A stretch of DNA of 64,000 nucleotides. Origin: Haliotis rubra (lineage: Eukaryota). Numbering within the stretch: position 1 is the first letter of the stretch; every line of letters starts with the position of its first letter. The stretch lies in contig NW_025767033.1 of assembly GCF_003918875.1 (NCBI RefSeq), forward strand, positions 868,001 to 932,000. Direction: 5' to 3'. Positions 1 through 13,284 of this stretch are shown here, piece after piece. The notes beneath the pieces were generated by a model that made no database searches, was not told where the DNA came from, and saw only the letters and a list, made by a program, of their open reading frames with translations. The translations under genes and the position numbers were made by a program.

Positions 1-238
1 TGATAAATAATTGTTTCATGATGAATATTCATATGGCTGAGGGTTTTCACATTTTTGTTTTGAATATCTGACAGTAGTAATCGAAATAAGTGTAACCATG
101 CCATCAAGGTTATTTTGTCCAGCTGTTGATTGATTTGTGACACTATGACTTCTTGTGTGAATAAAAACGTCACCATAAATGGGAAAGTTCATATATTAAT
201 AAAATAAATTAGAATGTTACAAGAACTGTTATTTATTT

Positions 239-396
239 CAGGCATTGGGAAAGACGGGGGCCATTTTGCACATTAGAATAAAAATGCCCCATTAAAATTT
301 TGAAGTTTACTATTGATACAGGGGCAGTGGCCCATTCTAAATTCAGAAAATGGCTAATAATCCTGAAATTGTCGAAGGTCTCCATCCCAATCCCTG
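239..396. mobile_element. Short MITE, hAT-like ends
   Basis: TIRs CAGGCATTGGGA / TCCCAATCCCTG; TATT in both flanks. Confidence 0.55.
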
Positions 397-1099
397 TATT
401 CAATATATCATTATCAGTATATTTACAGCATGGCAAAGAAACAATTTGACACATGCAGATCCCTGTCATCTATCCAAAGTAAAATTTATAATGCATTTTC
501 TTTCACATTTGCAAAACAACAAACAATTTATTTCTTGTATCTTTGAGTCATTCTGTCACCTGAACTTGCATACAGTCATCCCTTGGACTTGGAAGAGAGT
601 AAAATTATTAAGCCTACCAACTAGTTGACAAAGTATTTATATTAGTACCTCAAGTATTTATACACATGCATTTTACATTGCATAAAGCCAATTGTCTCTA
701 TTGAATATTTTGTAACTATTCCAAATTAAAAAACTATTTTTTACATGTCAATATTGATATTTGTTAGAAACTATTTGTTCTCAAATAGTTCCTAACACAC
801 ATAAATATATATTGAATATGTAAAAAATAGTTATTAATTTAGAATAGTTACAAAATATTGCTGCAGCATAACAAATGCATTTAGAAAATAAATAACAAAT
901 TAAACAAACAAATATATTCTAATTTGGAATTACATACTTTAATTGAAAAGGGAAATGACAGAGTCAATGTGGCCAAATATGAATAGAACATCAACTTGAT
1001 AAAGTTGTTAACACATGGCTGTTTTATGAATAGCAGTATATTAATTAATAGTTTTATTAATTCAATATAAATACAGATTACTCAAATGCATTTTACGTT

Positions 1100-2830
1100 A
1101 ACCATGTCATTGATTCCCGAAATATGTTTTGTGACAAACACTGCGCGATACTGAAAAGAAACACGTTTAGCGATAGAACTGCACTGGTTGTCAAAAATAT
1201 ATTATAGCTAAAGAAAGGTACTCATATGTTTTCGAACTGACTCATGGTTGTCGGTTGTCAGTAAGGAACCGATAATCCTTGAAGGAATAATAATTTTTCG
1301 ATCTTATCGTCCCCAAATGATCCAATTATTACGACTGTCACCAGATGCGACAGCCAAGCATGGTAGTACACTTGGTCCGGTCTAGTAAGGTCATATTAGG
1401 CGATCGCGCAATTGGGCACCACAACTGGTTCTTGCGTATTCGCTAGTCACCGAAAATCTAGTAGCGGAAGTAGCGCCTCGCGAGACTTACGGACCCTATA
1501 TATCATGGCACTCTAATTTGCATAAAACCATGTTCTGTTCCAAATAAGTCGCTTTGGACTTAGAAAAAAAAATCACATTGCTCATTTCTGCACTAACCTC
1601 TCCTCAGTAAAGTCTTTTTTTTTACATTTCCTATTATCCTACCACTGAGACTGTAGTTAGGCCGAACTTAGTTTAACAGATATTTCTCACTTTGACATAT
1701 TAACTACAGAAATTGTAACATATGTTATATTTGGGATTACACTTTCTTAACAAAGTACAGATTCTAGTACTTTTGGGGTTGAGTCCCATCCGGGATTCGA
1801 ACCCACACCCTCAGAGTCAGGCACCTAATCGCCAGCACACAAAGTCAGCCGCTTAACCCGCTCAGCCACCGCGACTTCCACAAAAAATGGATCGGACTCA
1901 ACCCAAAAAGCACTAGAATCTGTACTTTATTAAAAAAGTGTAATCCCATATTTAACATATGTTACATTTGACCACTTTCTAAATAGCACTGTGTAATCAC
2001 ATACATTGTAGATATAACTGTGAAAAACAGGTTTTTATTTCTATTTCAGACAGTACTTTAGAAAAGTTTCGCAATGTTATGTCATGGTATTTCTTAATGG
2101 CAAGACATGTAGTTCATCGACTTACCAGGCTTTGTCTTGTCTAGCGGTGGCGTAAAATTTACATCACAAATCTGGTCGAAAATACAATACCGTTTGTTTT
2201 GTTATAACTGGGCTGACAGACTAGACACAGTTAAACATGGCACGACCTCTGAATGTAAATATGACTGACATGCGTCCCGTGCAGTCCGTGCTGGCTCGAA
2301 ACGCCTCGTGGTGAGCTTGTCAGTTAGCAGGTGTAATGTGAGTCATGCAATCCTGATAACACTGTTGAATCTCGTTGACACGAATTCATACAATCAAAAA
2401 AATAAAATCATGGCAACTTGAAACGTATTTTTGTATGATTAATATCCGACTTCCAATGAATTGTCAGTCAGTCAATAGTTCAGTAAAAGTCATTACAATT
2501 GTCGTTACAGATAAATTTGTTTGTTTGTTTGTTTGTTTGGCTGAACTCCCTCTGTCGCCGCTAACGTTCTGCAGACATGTCAACTATCGGCACCGCACGG
2601 GTCGCCCGAGGCCAACAAACAAGTCGAAGATCAATTATTCAGAAAAATAGGCTTTAAGAAATCGATCCCACACGGCCAATCAAATCTCAGTACACTTGCT
2701 CTAATGTCACCGATTAAATGACTAGACATTTAGAAACCGTCAACAGCTGCTCTTCAGCGTGAACTCCCGCAAGATGAACACCATCGTCACCCGACATCTG
2801 TGGTGTTTAGAACGTAGCAACTTGGGCAGT
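1100..2830 (-). promoter_or_regulatory. CpG-rich promoter-like / 5' region of a probable leftward neighbouring gene
   Basis: Local CpG enrichment; GCGGAAGT (ETS-like) at ~1464, CTCGCGAG palindrome at ~1477, ATTTGCAT octamer at ~1516; minus-strand donor CTG|gtaagt at 2126. Confidence 0.4.
1714..1966 (-). mobile_element. Foldback element enclosing a tRNA-derived head
   Basis: 73-bp inverted arms 1714-1786 and 1894-1966; loop carries A box TGGCTGAGCGG and B box GGTTCGAATCC on the minus strand. Confidence 0.7.
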
Positions 2831-2833
2831 CAC

Positions 2834-3367
2834 TATAGTCTGTTTTCAGTGAAAACGTACCGATGAATTTCACTTTAAACAAAAATGTAAATCAAATAAA
2901 GTGAAATTAAGATTGCGAATTCTCATGATTTTACCTTGCCAATTGAACATTTAAATCTCAACATTTTATTTAAATTAGGATAAAAGTTGTTTAACAAACG
3001 ATCATAGATTCAAATCGCTATTACTGGTTTGTATTACAAGGGGGTAAGTGCAGTCGTTGGAACAGTGAAACAAATGAAACGTGTGGAACGTGAAGAGCGT
3101 TAACTTATAACAACCCTTGTCGTTCTCGGCGTTTCATTTGATGTGCATACCCCCTTGTTGTTGTTTAAGAAACTATCATGTAATATTGTGCTATTTTCAC
3201 GATTCACAGGGGAGACAAACGGCTGATGGAACCGCGCCTGACTTGCTGGGGGTCATCTCATCTGGCTGCACCTGAATGTGTACTGGTGCTGTTCCATTAG
3301 CCGTTTGTCATCCCTCGGCGTGAAGCGTGATAATAGCACAATATTACATGATAGTTTCTTAAACAAC
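2834..3367. mobile_element. Left half of a TATAGTC-family MITE followed by a second palindromic element (3160-3367)
   Basis: Starts TATAGTCTGTTT...CCGATGAATT like the 7355 family; hairpins at 3036-3158 and 3160-3367. Confidence 0.65.
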
Positions 3368-4003
3368 TGGCTATGCTTGGGTAATGTCTGAGGATAATTT
3401 CTATAAATATTGTACCATCAAATAATGACGGGTTAGAATTGGTCTTCAGTAACCCAAGTTTAAGAGGTCTTAAGAGGCGAATCGGAATCGGGTGGTCAGG
3501 CTCGCTGACTTGGTTGAGATCAAACAGAATATACAGTCAAACCTTTTCAATACCAGGAGTACCACGTTTAGCCTCCTAAGCCAATTTAGTACCGACATAT
3601 AGGGTTCTTGCGACAATTGGCAGTTGGTCAAGAGACCTGTTCAACCCAGCATCCTTTGTAGGTCGTCCTGCTGAAACAAACCTGACACAGTGGTACGTGT
3701 AAGCTGAAATTGGAGGGACAAATATGAATAAACGACTTACATAACGTCGACGTGCACAGCAACTACTTCACCTCACTCGCAACAGCAGGAGGACGTCGAT
3801 CTGACAAAATTTTAATGTGGGTATACGACTTAAATCCCACTTGCATGACCTCGGCTTTTCGCATGAATCACCTTGACTGGTAACCACAAGCAGTCCTGAC
3901 TGTTGTCGGTTCACTGACCTATTTTCCGGGTTTAACATTGAATATGTAAACTAGAGGTTGTAACTATACCCCGACTAGAGGGCACTCTTCATAGCTGCAT
4001 CCA

Positions 4004-4217
4004 CCCGTGAAGATCCAGGTTATAATTGGTCTTTAGACACCCATGATTGTCGTAAGAGGCGACTAACAGGATCGGGTGGTAGGGCTCCCCAAATGGTTGA
4101 CACATCGTATCCTTGTTGCGTAGATCGATGCGCATGCTGTTGATCACTGCATCGTCTGGTCCATATATGTCGAAAATTGCTGAATGCGGCGTAAACCTAA
4201 ACTCACTCATTCACTCA
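4004..4217 (+). mobile_element. SINE family B (CCCGTGAAGATCC head, ACTC tail)
   Basis: Matches copies at 8194 and 21897. Confidence 0.85.
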
Positions 4218-4433
4218 TATCTGCCAGGGGCGAATCTGAACCAATTATTATGTGTAGGCAAAAGTTTAGAATGCACGCACACCCCCTAACCCCCCACTCC
4301 AAGAAATATCTGCATGATAAAAACGCGATTTAATGCTCTGCTTTACTTTTAGTCCATTTGTTTATAACTAACCCTGAAATTAAATTTTGTTGATTTTGCG
4401 TTGAAGTTTTGCATTGTAATACCCCCACCAAAT

Positions 4434-4585
4434 NNNNNNNNNNNNNNNNNNNNNNNNNNNNNNNNNNNNNNNNNNNNNNNNNNNNNNNNNNNNNNNNNNN
4501 NNNNNNNNNNNNNNNNNNNNNNNNNNNNNNNNNNNNNNNNNNNNNNNNNNNNNNNNNNNNNNNNNNNNNNNNNNNNNNNNNNNNN
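4434..4585. other. Assembly gap (152 N)
   Basis: Run of N. Confidence 1.
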
Positions 4586-4687
4586 CCATATTCTCTGCAA
4601 CCACTGCCCAATCACAAACCATGTTGATTTGGTACAATGTGTTGAAGTCGCTCCATTTTCATCTCACACAAGCTCTATAAGGGACAG

Positions 4688-4989
4688 CGTCCGCCCGGTG
4701 AGCGGAAGGCCGCTGGTTCCATCCCCAAAGACGTTAAAATACGGTCCTTGTTAGTCCCTGCCTGGCGCCCGGCATTAATGGATACAACAAGGACTGGTCG
4801 GCTCGGAGTCAGTATAATGTGTCTGAGTGGGGTGTTCATGCTTAAATGCGGCATGGTATCTTTTTAGAGGGCTAGCACTATAAAACCAACTTAAGTATGG
4901 GCTAGTACAAGCAGCCATACATACCCACGCATGCACGTCGATATATTCTTAAGTGCCACGTTAAACCCCATTCACCTTACCTCAACTCA
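4688..4989 (+). mobile_element. SINE family C (tRNA-derived), 5'-damaged
   Basis: Matches the 45591 and 63269 copies. Confidence 0.85.
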
Positions 4990-5599
4990 TTAAGGGAGAC
5001 ATCCGGCAAGTGCACAGGGCAAAGCTGTTCTTGACTACTCTGCTGAAAAGCCATATTAATTCTATACATGTGAGTATGGACATTCTCCTCCTGGAATCCT
5101 GGTTCGTTACGTTGAAGAAATTGCCACTGGTCTGAGAGTCTGATATGTGGAGCCCACATCTGACAAAGGGGTTCTCTGACGGACACTTATCCAATCAGGA
5201 AACCACCCAAATTGTTTTCGCCACTATGTTAACTCTTGACACATCTGTAAAACTTGCAATCTAATTATTCAGGAGTTTTCAGACTATTCAGTTAAATGAG
5301 TATGTCTGAAGTTGTTATTTTTAAAATTTTACGAACTTGTTCAGACTTCAGCTATTTTCCAAATAGCATAGAACAATTGAACAGCAAGAAATCAATATTT
5401 TAAACAACCTTATAATACACAGTCCTTCGGCTAATCAAACTTCACAAATCACTGAACATCGGTTTAAAAGGTTTGTTGATAATCTGTGGGTTGATGTTGA
5501 AGCAAAACGGAAGCTTTGAACTGAAAGCAAAACTGTATTTAAAGTCTCTCCAAATAAATCTGAATGAAATGAGTAATTCTCAACTTCATACCTTGAACA

Positions 5600-5990
5600 G
5601 AAAGGCCAAGCAGCGAGCTTTCCTATTTTTAAAGCAAATTTAGCAATGACTTCGCCGACTCTGACTGGGAAGTCCTTGTGTCCATGGATCAAACAGAGGC
5701 TGCTGAACCGATCCTAATAGGTCTTGACACGTCTCATCTTGGAAAATGAACGTTCAGCAGTTGATGTTGTCACAGGCTTTGTCAGCAGGATGGCTAACAT
5801 AGTGTGTATGTTTGGGTAAAGATCTTGATTAATACCTTCCAGCGTTTCCAGAATGGTTTCTGGCTCTACTTGGCTCCACTTTGTCACCCATCTATGTATT
5901 TCAATTTCTGCTCTCTAATGATATGGCAGTTCAGCAGCATAATGGTTCAGGATCTCGTGCTTTACATCTGCAGTCAGGGCATGTAGTTTT
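5600..5990 (-). pseudogene. hAT transposase C-terminal dimerisation domain remnant
   Basis: Translates EIHRWVTKW...LETLEGINQDLYPNIHTMLAILLTKPVTTSTAERSFSKMRRVKTY*..DRFSSLCLIHGHKD..VIAKFA; AERSFS motif; in-frame stops. Confidence 0.88.
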
Positions 5991-7354
5991 GCATGTCGAA
6001 TTTCAATAATGAATCTATTAAATTCATCCAGTATCTGTATTTCAACTGTGTTTCACTCAAGGAGAAACAGAAATGCGAAGTCGATATTGCTTTGACTCTA
6101 AATGGATAAAATCGGCTGTGAATGACGATGTTTTATCTCCAAACCGATCAGCTGATGTGCTAATGAAGTCAAGGTCGTGTATAAATAAGCTCATGAATTT
6201 TTTATTTTTTTTTATACTAATGGTGAAATACTAATCGATTTAATAAAATTAGAAATATATGTATGCACACAAGCATAGCTCATACATTTCGTCACGATAT
6301 GGCTGAGATAGTGCCGATGTGACGTTAAATATTAACTCATTCACTCACTCATAGCTCATACACATACAGGGCCTGAGACCTTTAAACTTAAATAGATGAG
6401 AAACGACGCTTTGTAAACTTTGTCTTTCAATTTTTCTTGATTTTATTGGAGATAACAATGCAGATAATGCCAGTTCTGTTATTTTTTATCAGCTATTAAC
6501 ATAGACGTGCGTTTATTCAAATGTAAAATTACCTTTGAGGAAATGCAAACGCATGGGCATTTAACCATTCTCCTGTTAGAATGGCATGTTTCGTCGCGGG
6601 TTTTGCTGCTTCTCCTCCGTTCAGTGCAGATAAATCTGGATATGGGGGTGCACTACTTGATTCAACAGGACTTTTAGTTTCAATAGCAGGTTCATCAAAG
6701 TTATTTGAGCATTGGGGCTCCCCAGGCTTGGCCGAAAAATGTAAGAAGTTTTTCTCTGCATCTCAAAATGCTGAGGTTACGCCAGATCACTGCCAGAGTT
6801 ATATCCCTTTATATGTAAAGGGACGCAACTGCAAGCTCAATAAGAGACTTCGGGAACCCAACATGTATTGCTTTAGAAACATGAGATCGATTCTGGTGAA
6901 ACTAATTTTAACAGTTTATATTTATTACACATACATATCCGTGCTTTCAGCATGTTGAAATAAATTCACCTGTAACATTTTTCTTTCAAATCTATCATTT
7001 CCATTTTTTAATCTTTTTTTGTGTGTTGCAAAATTATGTGTAGGCAATTGCCTTTTTGCCTATATGGCAGCTACGTCCCTGTCTGCATCATAAATCAATA
7101 TGAGTTATCGGGATCAACCCTGAGATCGGTATTCGGCCAATGGCTGCACAAATCTCAACTCAGGATGACATATTTACAAATTCCTGTCAAAATAGTAGAA
7201 CCAGTTACATCACTATTTATCTTGTGTGGGTGGGTACAATGTGTGAAGACCTGTTCTGGTACCCCCAGCCGTGATATTGCTGGAATAGTGCTAAAAGCGG
7301 CGTAAAACTAAACTCACTTACTGATGTTATGGCTTGTGGATGTATTAACTGTTA

Positions 7355-7721
7355 TAGTCCGTTTGACTTCATTTGAGACCGATGAATTGTTCACTAACAC
7401 AAAATCTAATAAATGCAACAAAACCATATTTTGCACAGTCACATGAAATCGACAGACCAACTCTGATGATTTGTCTCATAATTTTGGACACCCGAATAAA
7501 AATGTTGTTTAACAAACGATCATTATTTTGTTGTCACTTTTCGCTATTTCTTACGAGAGAGGAGCACTTGCTGGTAAACAAACGAACAGCCAGGTAATCA
7601 ACAAGCGCGCGCAGTGAAATTTCAATTTCACACGTACAAGTGCATAATTAGGTTTGGTTGCATTTATTAGATTTTGCGTTTGTGAACAATTCATCGGTCT
7701 CAAATGAAGTCAAACGGACTA
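7355..7721. mobile_element. Foldback MITE, TAGTCCGTTTG ends, TA flanks
   Basis: About 70-bp inverted arms; right end locally duplicated at 7734-7754. Confidence 0.85.
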
Positions 7722-8193
7722 TACGTATCGTAACAAACGGACTATACGTATCGTCACAATAAAACAACAAATATATGTTCAGCCAATTAACATTTTTTTA
7801 AATGACACCCATAAAGTACCTTGCTTTTAACATTACATAATTAACAATTGCAATATTAAATTAATAAATTAAACGCCTAACAGCAAAGCACTTGATGCAT
7901 ACAGTACAAAATCCATTGGCAGTGTAATAACAAATATTAATAACAAAATATTAAGTATGAAATATGATAGCAGTTGTAATGGAAAAGACGTTAGTCATCA
8001 TATTATTCACCCATCGCCAACAGCTGTCAAGCTTCAAAATTAGATAAGGCTGGACATTTAGTGTGAAAATCGTTATCTTCACGTAACCGCTGATCTTGCT
8101 GTAATATGATATGATGACAGATGCTCCTACTATAGTCTTAAAACCTTCCAGATTGTTCGATACAATGCCAGGTTAATCCGTGCTGTTCTTGAT

Positions 8194-8460
8194 GAGTGAG
8201 TGAGTTTAGTTTTACGCCGCACTCAGCAATATCCCAGCTATATTGCGGCGGTCTGTAAATAATCGAGTCTGGACCAGACAATCCAGTGATCAACAGCATG
8301 AGCATCGATCTGCGCAATTGGGAACCGATGACATGTGTCAACCAAGTCAGTGAAACTGACCACCCGATCCCGTTAGTCGCCTCTTACGACAAGCATAGTC
8401 GCCTTTTATGGCAAGCACATGGGTTGCTGAAGACCTATTCTACCCGGATCTTCACGGGTC
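8194..8460 (-). mobile_element. SINE family B, full length
   Basis: TSD TGTTCTTGATGA; (GAGT)n tail on plus strand. Confidence 0.9.
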
Positions 8461-9752
8461 GTTGTTCTTGATGATTCAAAACCACACTTGATACCAGAAA
8501 CATCTAAATATAGCAACGTCCACGCTGCCGCTGACATCAAATAGTAATGTATTCCTGACAACCAATTAACGCAAATAACAATGCTATGAACTTCTGTTGA
8601 ATCTTTACTGAGACAATATGTAACAATTCCAACATTTCTAAAGAATACATTACACCGCCATGCGACATTACACACCGACCCCCACCCCCACCCCACCTGT
8701 GGAGATAGAAACCTAAACCCTTCCTTGCTGATTAAACTAGAAAAAACTAATACAGTGAAACCTGCCAACACCGGCACCTGTCTAATCCGGCACATTGTCA
8801 AAACCGGCATAAAAATTTGGTCCCGCCATTTTACAACGATATTATGATCATTAAAACATTGTCTATTCCGTATTCCGGCACCACTTTAACATATTAGTAG
8901 ACATTTGAAAAAGAATTACACTGCCATCAAACAGAAATACTCTACATATGCATGACCCGGGAGGTCAAATGGCACAAACGGCAGATCGGGTTATCTTCAT
9001 TAAATAGGGGTGCAGAGGATGTTATTTATGTTCGTGCGAAACATGCATACATAGATTCGTTACAGAATTTGTCCCGGAAAACAACACTTCTGAAAAAAAA
9101 ACCCAATCATGTCATGTTTTAATTGAATTGTTTATACAGTCATATGCTATCTAGTTTGGTTTGCTATCTTTATAACTTACAGACTCCGATTCACTCTCGC
9201 TATCGCTCTCTACAACCAGTTCAAATATCACTTTTTCTATTTCACTCCCAGTAGTCGCTTTCCAAATTTTCAGCATGGGCACAACAATCAGTCCACTGGT
9301 TTACACCAATCATCTGACACAGGTGCACCCCTTCACAATAATAGACCCAACCAGTTGTGACACGGTCACGCAATTCATTAGTATTCACTTGATCAGGTCA
9401 AGCTGAACAAGCTGTGGGAAGTGGTCAAAAAATAACAATTGTTACCAATTCTCGTACCATTAGTGTTTCAGTCAGAGCCGGGATTCGAACTCAGACTTTG
9501 TGAGTGATGCACTAGGAAAGTGTTGTCCAAAAGAGTACATTTGTTGCATTTGACTTTGGCACTTTCTAAAAGAATTGTGCATTCACAGCTTTCAGCCATG
9601 GGAGCCGTGACAGTTTACCTGAGGGGTACACAAATGACCTGGGCTATCAGTTGTCCTGCTTCCATGTTGCGATGACTTTGTGTCCTTCTGCTTTGAAGCC
9701 TCACTCGGTGAGTACGGGTTCGAAACCCAGGAAACATTGTGTTCTTCACGGA

Positions 9753-9917
9753 GAGTGAGTGAGTGAGTAAGGTTTTACACCGCTTTTAGCAATATTCCAG
9801 CAATATCACGGCGGGGGACACCAGAAATGGGCTTCACACATTGTAACCATGTTGGGAATCGAACCCAATCTTCAGCGTGACGAGCGAACGCTTTGACCAC
9901 AAGGCTACCCAACCGCC
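9753..9917 (-). mobile_element. SINE family A (tRNA-derived, ~165 bp, ACTC tail)
   Basis: A/B boxes; more than 15 similar copies in window. Confidence 0.88.
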
Positions 9918-10159
9918 TTATGGATCCTGTGACATCATGTGTTGTGTCCAAATGGACGTGAATACATTTCCTGGAGAGTTTTTGTTTTGTTTTGATTTCG
10001 GGACCCGAATGCTTTATATTTTAGTCGAAATGTGTAATAACGAACTTTGGTTACAACGAGCTGTAGTTAGTGGTTCTTTTGAGTTCGTTATAACCCAAGC
10101 AATCGAGGCTCGAGCGAGCACGAACGTATACTATAATGGGGTACTTACGATAACTGGCC

Positions 10160-10588
10160 CTTCAGAATTGATCCTCACTAACCCATACTTGTCGTAAGAC
10201 GCAACTAACGGGATCGGGTGGTCAAGCTTGGTTGGTTGACACATGCCATCGTATCCCAATTGCGCTGATCGATGCTCATGCTGTAGATCACTTGATTGTC
10301 TGGTCCAGACTCGATTATTTACAGACCGCCGCCATATATCTGGACTATTGCTGAGTGCGGCGTAAAAGTAAACTCTCTCACGTACGATAACTGGTCGGCG
10401 GCGATAAGTTTAGACAGCAAGGATAGCATTGGGCATTGCTCCTCATGTAGGTTGCGGGGCGGTGGGGTAGCCTAGGTTGGCTCGTACCGATCAATCCCCA
10501 CATGGGCACAATGTGTGTTTTCTGGTGTCCCCGCCGTGATGTTGTGGAATATTGCTAAAAGAAAACCAAACTAGTCAGTCCGTCAGTC
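10160..10588 (+). mobile_element. SINE family B (10160-10380) and family A (10456-10588)
   Basis: Similarity to other copies. Confidence 0.8.
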
Positions 10589-13284
10589 ATGTGACTTAAA
10601 TACCTATCAATCTCCTGTTTCCATGTGATATGTTTGTGACTGTGTTCACTGTGACTTAAATACCTTCTTCACGAATTTGGATTTTTTTTATAGATTTGCT
10701 GCAATTTCCGTGGTCTAAGTCCGTGGTCAGTCGGTTGGATATATGAATATTTCATGAGAAAATACAAATTGTTTGGACTAAGTCTGTTTTGCTGCTGTTG
10801 AAGGGAATTATTTTGCTTATCTGGAATACTAGACTAACAACTAGTCTCTGAAATGAACATATTTTACTGAAAAAAGTTCATAGTAAAAAAAAAAATATAT
10901 AATGAAAAGGAGCCCTGAGACTTTCTTCATGAAGCTGGGGAAATCTAGACTTGCCACATTTTCTAGACTTGTGTGGGCTTTTTTGGATATGTTTGCTTCA
11001 GGGTCTGTACGAGAGACTACTGGAATACATATGGTCACCTGTGACTGTCTTGTGCAAATGTAGACTTGGCGCTTCAACTATTACAAACATGGTTTGAAGT
11101 GTCCAGCGTGCGGGGACACTTTTGTGGTGTCAGCTGTCCTGATGCATCTTCTGTTGACCTTCAACCGTCACAAGGTTTTCAGCAATCTGTGGCCCCTCAG
11201 ACACACGCTTAAGTAGGCTCTTTCAAGACCCTGTGGGTTCGGACCCCGACCATCCCAATGTATTCTAATATCACTTATACGGATACTCCTTGTTTTCGGA
11301 AAGTAGCAAAATAAACGCATATTGTATTTTCTAAGAGTGAGTTGGGTTTTAGACTTAGTCTGCTTTGAACACAAATCCAGTCGAATCAGTGCATGTCAAG
11401 TTAATGAAGAAGGAATGTCAGATGTTCAGGTCTCAGATGTTCACCAATTTGGTGGAACCCCCATACACTGTAGTTCTGACGAACCTTGAAACACAACCTT
11501 AACCAGGCAACAAGAGTCCGAACCCCAAATCCCAGGTTTCTGTCATGCCCAAAGGGGCCACTCTCCTCAATTACAGTGTCTTAGTCAGCTGGTCCACCCC
11601 AGCCCGTTCCACAAAGAAAATACAAAAATAAAACAAAAAAAAGATTTATGATTTTATTGAATTTTCCACATTTGCTTGACACAGCCATCACTCAAATCAG
11701 CCTCCTTGGACAATAATAAGCATGCCAGATTCTGGCAAATGTTCATCATAAAATCAAGCTGTTATGTACATCATAGCATATGTAGTCTAAGATGGGGCCT
11801 ACTTGGGGATCGCCAAACTCTCAACACAATACCGATCATTGAATACCATAGGCCTGAGGTTGATCAGTAACTCATCAAACCCTCGCAGTACCTCTTGACC
11901 TTCCACAACCTGATTGAACTGGGAGTTTATGGAATAGAAACATCCAGTCTCCTTCGTGCAGGTACCACTAGGGGGACCAGGAGAATCCTTAATGGCTGGA
12001 ACCAGCTTGCATAACATGAACCATAGAGGGTCTCAGGCCATTAAGATCTGATAGTGACTTGATCCATCAAGATCAAGACACAGGGAAGGGATGAAGTTGA
12101 GTAAAGGTAGTTGTCATGGATCACCTGGACATTGGAAACCTGATCACAATCGAGAGTCTAAAATTTCAGAACACGTTTCACATGCTGGGCTGTTAGTGGA
12201 CAGGGCTCCTGCAACAACCTGCTTTTTTAATGCCTTGATAATCCTTGGTGATGGTTTGTCAGTTAGCTGACCTGAAGATCACATGGGCAAATATCTCGCC
12301 TCAATGATACTGCTTGATGCTGGGGTTAGCACGTTAGCTTCACATATATATTCCGTTACTTTAACACAAATTCACAACCCACAGAGGACTGAAAGGTTCC
12401 AGTTGTACACCCTCAACAGCAATGAAAAGGACAAGATTTTATATCATGTGTTTTCAGCTTAGGACCTTCAGAAGAGCGCATACATCTAGATACTAACACC
12501 TTAACATTTAACTGCCCCAAAATTAGGCTCTTCAAGGCAGCAACTGTATTACTGTATGTTGACCAACATGTGTAGTAATGACTTGTGATCAAATTCAATC
12601 GGAGAAGTATAGTTGAAATATATGCTGATATCTGGTTACAAACATACAATCATTCAGATCTTTGTTGTAATTATTACAAAACTTACTACTGTTTCAAATT
12701 ATCATTCATTAAACAGTAGGAAACCTAGGAGATTCCGTATGTGGTAAAAGTTACCACGTGCAAGTGTGTTTATCATTGAGCAGGTCCGTGCATAATTGTA
12801 TTCAGGAATGCAATAAATTAAAGTTGCTGTACAAATACGAAACCCATCTGTTCAATTAGTATGTTTGTTTTAAAAGAAAAATAATGTTTGTGCTTAGATG
12901 TGCATACAATTGTAATATTTTAGTACCAAGTAAATCTTGCATAATTGTTTCTTCAGTTTCAAGTAGCCCACAAAAGAACAATATTAGTCAAGTTTCGACA
13001 ACAGTCAGCTTCTGACAATAGACATTTAAGTGCTTCTGAATTTTACAAAGTGATAAATTTTGGCTTTGACACGATTGATCTCACAGGTTTTCCTAAAACA
13101 TTATGAGACTTAACTGAACACATGTTTCTGTAAGGATAAGAATGTGATTCACATAATTTGAAATTTGTGAAAATGTGAAAACACTGTATGATGTGTCATG
13201 ATAAACAAAATTCACATAAATACTTCTTATGTTTTATTCTAATTTAATAGAATATTCATTATGATGGACAGTGAGGGTAAACAG

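Larger units (their letters stand above)
4225..7081 (-). mobile_element. Internally deleted hAT transposon with 5-bp TSD
   Basis: TIRs CAGGGGCGAATCT / AGCTACGTCCCTG (10 of 13 match); TCTGC on both flanks; shared subterminal TATGTGTAGGCAA; transposase remnants inside. Confidence 0.8.

Noticed and set aside
4330-4754. ORFs spanning the N run
   Set aside because: Artefacts of the assembly gap.
6581-6958. 125-aa plus-strand ORF
   Set aside because: Lies antisense to the hAT transposase N-terminal remnant; no recognisable domain.
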